A program made the translations under genes and the position numbers. The notes beneath the pieces are model-generated. The model saw only the letters and a program-made list of their open reading frames with translations. It was not told the origin of the DNA and ran no database searches. From assembly GCA_014905635.1 (NCBI GenBank), contig JABVCE010000002.1:2294001-2358000 (forward strand): DNA of 64,000 bases. The letters run 5' to 3'. This stretch comes from Scenedesmus sp. PABB004 (lineage: Eukaryota). Positions 56,692 to 64,000 of this stretch are shown piece after piece. How positions within the stretch are numbered: position 1 is the stretch's first letter; each line of letters begins with the position of its first letter.

Positions 56692-57499
56692 CGCAGCAGC
56701 AGGGGCACCAGCACCAGGCGCAGCAGGCGCAGGAGCAGGCGGCGCCGGAGAAGAAGCGGCGCTTCAGGGAGACCAAGGAGGACGCACCCGCGCCGCAGGG
56801 GCAGCCGCTGCAGGTGCGCGCCGCGCGGCGCGCGGCCAACCGCGTGGCCGGCCGCGCTGCAGCGCCCGCCGCGCTGCCTGACGCCTGCTGCCGCGCGCCC
56901 GCCGCCGCGCCGCAAGCAGGGCGGCTTGGTGCACCCCCAAAACCCCTACTCCCAGTACAGCCTGCTGCAGGCGAGCGCGCAGCAGGGCCAGCGGCAGGGA
57001 GGCCACCCTCAGCAGGCGCAGCAGGCGATGGCGCCGCCGCCGCCGCGTGCGCCCATGGCGCCGCCGCCGCCCCGCTTCAACGCGGCCCCGCCAGGTAGCG
57101 CGTCGCTCCGCGCGGGCATGCGCCGGCGCAGCGCGCGTGCCCCGCGGGCCGCCGGCCCCGCAGCGCGCGCGCCGCCGCAGCGGCCGCGCCCCGCCCGCGC
57201 GCCCCTCTCGCATCTCGAGCTGACGCCGCCGCCCTCCCCCATCGCATGTGGCGCCGCCTCCCCCGTCCCATCTACCGCCGCCCACTTCATGCGCGGTTTG
57301 CTCTCACCCCCGCGCCGCTGCCGCCCGCCCACCCGCCGCTCCCCCCGTACCCTCGCCCTCCCGCTGACGCCCGCCGCGCGTCGCGCGTGTTTGCCCGGCC
57401 CGCCTGCACCGCGCCGCCGCCGCCACCGCCCCTCCAGGCCAGCAGCAGGGCAGCGACGTGCTGGCGAACCTGCTGGGCGGCTACGGCGGCGACGAGTGA
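54308..57499 (+). CDS. RIK/KHDC4 (Blom7)-like tandem KH-domain RNA-binding protein with Q/P/G/Y-rich tail
   Basis: RKRKWD, EVAINDA..RLLLTKR.VQEEI..T.RGRY..ERPLHLRIT, FNLAARLRGP|GDAYLSHI..V.L.GRGSG..PLHLSI..A.RLCEDLI.T, KKRRFRE. Ends LLGGYGGDE*, with TGTAA at 57551. Confidence 0.88.
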
Positions 57500-57550
57500 T
57501 CAAGGCGCGCGCTGCAGCGGTGGCGTCGCAGCGGTTGGCGGCGGGGTTGT

Positions 57551-57555
57551 TGTAA
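57551..57555 (+). promoter_or_regulatory. TGTAA polyadenylation signal
   Basis: About 50 nt downstream of the KH-gene stop. Confidence 0.65.
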
Positions 57556-57781
57556 CCCGGCGGCTGCCGGCCGGCGAGCTGTGGAGATCCAGCCCGACAC
57601 GCCAGCAGCGCAGCCGTGCCACACGCGACGCTCGCGCGACGACGCGAGCGAAAACGCTGCCGCGGCGCGCCGCCGCTGCCAGCGCTGCTCTCTGCGCGCG
57701 CGAGCGCGCGGCGTGCGAGCCGCAACGTCGACGGCACCGCATCGCTCACACGCCGCGCGCCGGGTGCCGGTGAGCGGCGCG

Positions 57782-57814
<33 letters not shown>

Positions 57815-57995
57815 GCGCGCGTTTCGGCCGCGCCGGCGCGCGCAGGGGCCGCAGGCGGCCTGGCAGCCGCGCCCACGAGCCCTCCGTCACGTCCCTGCCC
57901 TCCACGCCCGCCAGGGCGGCCGCTGAGCCGGGGCGGCGCGCGTCCGCGGCGGCGCGGCGCGGCGCCCGCCGCGCGCGCCGCCGCCGGGCGCGGCC

Positions 57996-60900
57996 ATGGC
58001 CGCCGCGCGCGTGGACGCCGCACTGCTCGCGTACCGCCGGCTCGCCATCTACGGCACCAAGTCGCGGCTCTACGTCGTCGGCCACGACGACGACGGCCCG
58101 CGGCGGGCGTGCCGCATCCTCAAGTTCCGCCGCCAGGACGGCCCGCGCCTGGACGTGGTCGAGGACCCCACGATCTACTCGCCGCCGCAGTGCGAGGCCG
58201 TGCTGCGCAGGGTGCACGAGCAGAGCGGCGGCCTGCACCTCGTCTGCAAGGTGGCCGGCCGCGCGCGCGACGACGCACGCGCCGCACGCGCCGCCGCGCT
58301 GCCCACGCCCGCGCCCGCGCCCCGCCACACATACGCCCCGCCAGGGCCACGGCATCATCGGGTGCTTTCGGTTCACCGACTCCTTCTACCTCCTGGTCGT
58401 CGCGCGCCGCGAGTTTGTAGGCCACATCGCCGGTGCGCGGCGCGGCGCGCCCGGGCGCTCCCGACGCCTCCCCCGCCTGGCGGCCGCGACGCGCCGCGGC
58501 GCGCCGCCCGCCCCAACACCCCGCCCCGCGCACGCGCGCCGCGCCGCGCGTGCACGTGCCGTGCTGTGCGGCGGCGTGGTCGCAGGGCACAAGGTGTACC
58601 GCATCGCCGAGACCTGCCTCATCAGCCTCTCCGCCAGCCAGCAGCGCATCGACGCGAGCGCCGCCGACAGCACCGCCGAGAAGCGGTGCGGGTCGCCGCC
58701 CCGCCCGCTGTCTCCCTCGCTCTGCCCACTGTCCCTCTCGCACACACCCGCTCTCGCACACGAGCACGCACGCACCAACCCACCCACTCACGCACACAGG
58801 TACCGCAAGCTCCTGCTCGGCGTCGACCTGACCAAGAATTTTTTCTTCTCATACTCCTACAGCCTCGCCCACAGCCTGCAGCACAACCACACCGCGTACC
58901 ACGCGGCGCGGCGCCCGGGCGGCGACGCCGGCGGTGACGGCGGCGGCGGCGACGGCGACGCCGACGGCGCGGCGCCGGGCGCGGCGGCGGCCGCGGCGGC
59001 GGCGGGCGTGGCGTCGTACGACAGCTGCATGTTTGTGTGGAACAGCTTCCTCACGCGCCCCCTGCGCAGCGCGATCGGCAGCGCGCGCTGGACGCTGCCC
59101 CTCATCCACGGCTTCTGGGAGCAGCGCCAGGTGCGCGCGGCGGCGGTGGCGCCGGCCGGCCGGCCGCCGCAGCGAGCATTGCTGGCGGCGCTGCCCCGCG
59201 CGCGCGCGCGCGCTCACGGCGCCGCCGCGCGCGGCGCGCCGCCGCGGCGCCGCAGGTGTCGGTCTTTGGCCGCGCGCTCACGCTCACGCTGCTCGCGCGG
59301 CGGAGCCGCCACTTTGCGGGGACGCGCTTTCGCAAGCGCGGCCTGAGCGCGCAGGGCTTTGTGGCCAACGAGGTTGAGACTGAGCAGATTGTGGACGCCG
59401 GCGTTGACTGGGCGACCGGGCAGCCGCTCTGGTCGGCCGTCGTGCAGGTCGGCCGGCGCGCCGCGCCCCGCCGCCGGGCGCGCGCGCAGGGGCTTCAAGC
59501 TCTCTCTCTCTCCGCCGCCGCCGCAGGTACGCGGCAGCGTGCCGCTCTTCTGGAGCCAGCAGGCGACGCCGCTGAGCCCCAAGCCTGACATCCTACTGCA
59601 GCAGTTCGACCCCGTGTACGAGGTGCGGCCCCCGCGCCGCCGCGCCGCGCCGCCGCCGCCTCGCGCGAGGGCCCGCCGCCCCCCACGCGCACGCACGGGC
59701 GGGAGAGCATGAGCAGCACGCGCTGCGCGCGCCCCCCGCCGCGCGCCGCCGCCCACGCGCCGCGCCGCCTCGGCCGGGGGCGGCCCGCAGAAGACGGCCG
59801 TCCACTTTGCCGACCTGCGGCGGCGCTACGGGGACCCGATCATCGCACTCAACCTGCTCAAAAGCAAGGAGCGGCGGTGAGGAGCCGCGCTGCGCCTGTG
59901 CCTCGCCGCGCGGCGCCCTATGCCGCGCCGCGCCGCGCCGCGCCGCGCCGCGCCGCGCTCTGTGCCGCCTCTCCCTGCAGGCGTGTCCACCACCCCGCCG
60001 TGCCCGCCCCGCCCGCCCACGCGCCCCGCCCGCCACGCCCGCCCGGCGCGGCGCAGCGCGCGCGAGGTGCTGCTGCGCCGCGAGTTTGGCGCCGCCGTCG
60101 CGCTCATCAACGCGCGCCTGCCGCCGGAGCAGCACGTCGTCTACATACCCTGGGGTGCGGCCGGCGCGCGCACGCCGCAGCGCACATGCCGCGCGCGCAC
60201 GCGCCGCGCACGCGCCACACACACATGGCGCAGGCCAGCCGCGCGCGCCGCGGCGGCGCCACGCCCGACGCGGCCCGCGCGCGGCGGCGGCGTCCGCGCC
60301 GCGCCGCAGACTTCCAGAAGCACGCGAAGCAGCCGGGCGCCAACATCCTGACCGAGATGCGGCCCCTGATCGACGTCTGCCTCGACGCCTCGGGTGCGTG
60401 CACACGCCGCGCCGCTGCGCCGCCCCGCCGCCGCCGCCGCCGCTGCCCCACCGCCGCCCTGCAGCCCTCCGGGCTCCCTGCCGCCCCGCCGCGAGCCGCG
60501 CGCGCTGATGCAGCCGCCGCCGCCGCCGCGCGCGCACCCCGCAGGCGTGTACGTGCACGGGCCCGCGTCGTGCGCGTCGTGCGCGCCCGCCATCGCGGAG
60601 CGCTTCGCCGCGCGCGCGCGCGGCGGCGCCGCCGGTGCCGCCGCCGGCGCCGCGCCCAAGCCCCGCACCTTTGCGCCGGCGACGCGGCTGCAGCGCGGCG
60701 TGCTGCGCACCAACTGCATCGACTGCCTCGACCGCACCAACGTCGCCCAGTTTGCGTTTGGGCTCGCCGCGTTTGGCCGGCAGCTCGCGGGCCTCGGCGT
60801 GCTGCACGAGGGCGGCGACGTCGACAGCGACAGCTCCATCGCGTTTGCGCTGATGGAGATGTACGAGGCCATGGGCCACACCGTCGCGCTGCAGGCGCGA

Positions 60901-63900
60901 GACGCGCGCGCGCCCGCGGCGCCGGCGCCCGCGGCGCGCCCCGCGGCGCCGGCCGCGCGGCGCCGCCGCCCGCGGCGCAACTCCTCGTCCGGCCGCGCGC
61001 ATGACGACGGCCCGGTCCGCGCCGGTCCGCGCCGGTCCGCGCAGTACGGCGGCAGCGAGGCGCACGCGGCGTTCTTCCAGAAGAAGCGCGGCGAGTGGGA
61101 CGCGACGACGCAGTCGCGCGACCTCGTCACCTCGATCAGGCGCGCGCGCCGCGCGCCCCGCGCCCCGCGCCGCGCCGCCGCGCCGGCCCCGCCCTCGCAC
61201 ACCCGTCCACGCCCGCGCACGCACCCACACCGCCGTCTCACACCCGCCCACGCCGCCCACACCTGCACCCGCACCCACACCCACACACGCAACACCCACA
61301 CCCCCACCACACCCACGCACGCACCCACACCGCCGTCACACACCCGCCCACGCCGCCCACGCGCCCCCAGGCGCTTCTACAACAACGCCTACACCGACGC
61401 TGAGAAGCAGGACGCCATCAATCTCTTCCTCGGCAACTACGTCCCCGGCCTGCCCGGCGCGGCGGGGCCCGGCGCGGCGCCGCCGCTGTGGGAGCTCGAC
61501 AGCGACTACTACCTGCACTCGGGTGAGCCGGGCTGAGCTGAGCTGGGCCGAGCTCGGCGGCCTCCTCCGCCGAGAGCAGAGGGGAGAGGGCAGAGAGCAG
61601 AGAGGGCGAGAGCGAGGCGCGCCGCGCGCGCCGCCGCCGAGCCCCGCCGCCGCCGCCCGCCGCCTGCCGCAGACGCGGCCGCGCGCTTCGAGCAGTTCCT
61701 CGGCGGCGACCGCCTCGCGCTGCCCGGCGGCGCGGCGCCGGGCGGCGCGCCGCAGGCGGCCACGGCGGGCGGGCGCAACGCGCCGGTCATCCTGCGCCAG
61801 CTCTCCGCGACCACGCTGCCGCCCTCGGCGCTCGGCTTTGGCAGCGCGGACGCCGGCGGCGGCGACGCCGGCGGCGACGGCGGCGCCGCGCCCGCGCGCG
61901 CCCGGCGGCGGCGTGGATCTACGCTACGCCCTTTGCGGCCGCAGCCGCCGCCGCGCCCGCCGGGGGCGACGCCAGCCCCCCGCGGCGGCGGCGCAGCGAG
62001 GGCGGCGCGGGGCCGCTGCTGCCGCTGAGCTTCTCCGACGGCATCGCTCTCGACGCGTGCGAGAGCGAGGCCGTCCCCGCCGCGTCGGAGGGCGCGTTCA
62101 GCTGGCGCCTCTTCTCGCAGCTGCTCTCGTCCGAGACGCCCCACCCGGGCGCGGCCGCGCCGGCGGCCCCCGCCTCAGCGCTGGTCAGCATGGACAACGT
62201 GCTCGCCAAGCTCCCGCGCAGCCGGCCGGTGCGGCTATATCCCGTCAGTACGCGCGGCGGCAGCGGCATGTGGGAGGCGGTGCAGCAGGCGTTTGCATTC
62301 TTCAGCACCGGCGAGGCCGCCGTCGCGGCGGCCGCAGCGGCGGCGGCCGCGGCGGCGGGCCAGGCCGGCGGCGCCGGGGCCGGCGCGGCGGCGGCCGCCG
62401 GCGCGGCGGGCGGCGCGGCGAGCAGCAGCGCGGTCGTGAGCGGCCCGCCGTACGCGATCCGCGCACTGGACCTCACGCAGCCGGCGGCGGCCAGGGCGGC
62501 CGCGGCGGCGGCGGCGGAGGCGGCGCCGCAGACGCCAAGCGTTGCGGGCGACAGCCCCACGAGCGCGGGCGCGGCCGGCGCCGCGCTCACGGCCGGCGCG
62601 GGCCCCGCTGGCTTCGAGGCCTTTGCCGCGGCCTACACCGCCCCCGCCGCCAGCCCGCGCACGCCCGCCGCCGCCGGCCGCGGCGGCTCGCTGGACGCCG
62701 GCGGCGAGTCGCCGGCGCGCCTCCGCGGCGGCGGCGGCAGCGCGGGGCTGCGCAGCCAGCCCGCGCCGGCCGTGTCAGGGTTGAACGACATCCTGGAGAT
62801 TCGCACCGACGTCACGCCCGTTCGCCTCATCAGCAAGCCCGACCGCCCGCCCGCGGCGATCGGCCCGCACGGCCCCGTGTCGGCGCCGCCGGCGCTCCTG
62901 GACGCGACGCTGGACGAGCTGATGTGGAGCCAGCTCGGCGTGCAGCTCGCGCCGCCGGGCGGCGCCGGCGCCGGCGGCGGGGGCGGCGCGCGGGCCGCTG
63001 CCGGCGCAGCCGCTTGCGCCGCGGCCGCCGGCGCTGCCGGACAGCAGCGGCGGCGGCGGCGGGCTGGCGGGATTCCCAGGCCCGGCGCCGGGCAGCCCCA
63101 ACGCGGAGGCGGCGGGCGTGGCCGACCGCGTGTGGGGCAGCCTGGGCGCGGTCGTGCGCGGGCGCTCGGCCGCTGGCGCCGCCGGCAGCCGCTGCGGCGG
63201 CGGCGGCGGGACGAGCCTGTCGCCCCTGAACGACATCGTCCAGGTGCAGCGCCCGGCGCCCGGGCCGCGACGCCCAGCGGCGACAGCGGCGCGCCGCTGC
63301 TGCTCGCGGGCGGCAGCGGGCGCGTGTCGGCGGCGGCCGGCGGCGGCGGGGGCGGCCGGTTCACGAGCAGCTTCGCGGCGGCCAGCAGGGCCGGCGCGGC
63401 CCCGGCGGACGCCGGCGCCGGCGCGCCGGCTGGCGTCGAGACGCCGCGGCGGCCGGGCCCCGACGGCAGCGAGGCCGGCAGCGGCGGCAGCGGCAGCACG
63501 CAGGGCGTCGTCGGCAGCAGCGGGCGCGTGAGCTTCATGCCTGCGGCGCGCCCCGGCGGCGGCTCCTTCAGCAGCAGCAACGCCGGCAGCTGCGCGCAGC
63601 GCCTGCCGTCGACGGGCGTGCTGCCGCTGTCGCCGCCGGGCTCGCCGCCCGCGTGCGCCGCGGCGCCGGGCGAGCGCGAGTGGCTGATCGTCGACGGCCA
63701 CGCCGTGCCGATGCCAAGCAGCGCGCGCTCGGGCAGCACGGCGCACGACGACGCGGCCGCGGACGCCGACGCCGGCGGCGACGCGCAGCCGGCCCTGGGC
63801 GCCGCGGCGCTGGCGTACTGGCGCAGCCAGGGGGAGCAGCAGCCCGCCGGCGGCTTGGCCGCGGCCGCGGCGGCGCCGGGCCCCGGCGCGGGGCAGGACG

Positions 63901-64000
63901 CCGCGGGCGCCGAGGCGGCGCGCGCGGCGCGGCGGCGGCGGCCGCGGCCGCGGCGCGGCAGCAGCAGCTGCAGCGCTGGGCGCGCGTGCGTGCCATGTGC
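57996..64000 (+). CDS. FIG4: SAC-domain phosphoinositide phosphatase FIG4/SAC3, 3' end runs off the window
   Basis: [63 protein letters not shown], catalytic [22 protein letters not shown] and [21 protein letters not shown]. Confidence 0.95.

Noticed and set aside
61190..61350. CA-rich tract in a FIG4 intron, plus (GA)n at about 24107 and (CT)n at about 30298
   Set aside because: Ordinary low-complexity microsatellites with no further structure.
61895..61915. Apparent frameshift in the FIG4 C-terminal region
   Set aside because: A single-base indel in GC-repetitive sequence or an unseen small intron explains it. No evidence for programmed frameshifting.

Overview
Eukaryotic, very GC-rich, intron-dense nuclear DNA with chlorophyte hallmarks: TGTAA poly(A) signals, GTGCG/GTGAG donors, CTGAC/CTCAC branch sites and a plastid YlmG gene. 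A green alga, most compatible with Sphaeropleales, is an inference. Most six-frame ORFs are GC artefacts. By joining exons I reconstruct about 20 spliced genes: outer-arm dynein IC (DNAI1/IC78, partial), two tandem paralogues of an uncharacterised coiled-coil family, condensin II CAP-G2 carrying a PHD finger, an alpha/beta hydrolase, a nucleostemin-like GTPase, WRAP73, a CCCH zinc-finger protein, a COA1-like protein, a receiver-domain SPA1, RMC1, ENY2, a DUF4864-like protein, a PAN/C-type-lectin receptor with two class III cyclase domains, YlmG, an EEP hydrolase, a RIK/KHDC4-like KH protein, FIG4 (partial) and two unknowns. Best hidden signals: (1) three two-hairpin H/ACA snoRNAs in introns of the GTPase gene, two inside an identical 191-bp duplication, whose four different pockets each fit a conserved rRNA uridine; (2) a very high frequency of GC-AG introns; (3) unusual domain fusions (CAP-G2-PHD, REC-SPA1, lectin/PAN-dual cyclase); (4) a candidate ENY2-RMC1 bicistron; (5) a long intergenic fold-back hairpin. 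Gene coordinates span introns and were derived by eye. rRNA target sequences are recalled conserved eukaryotic sequences and are not present in this window.
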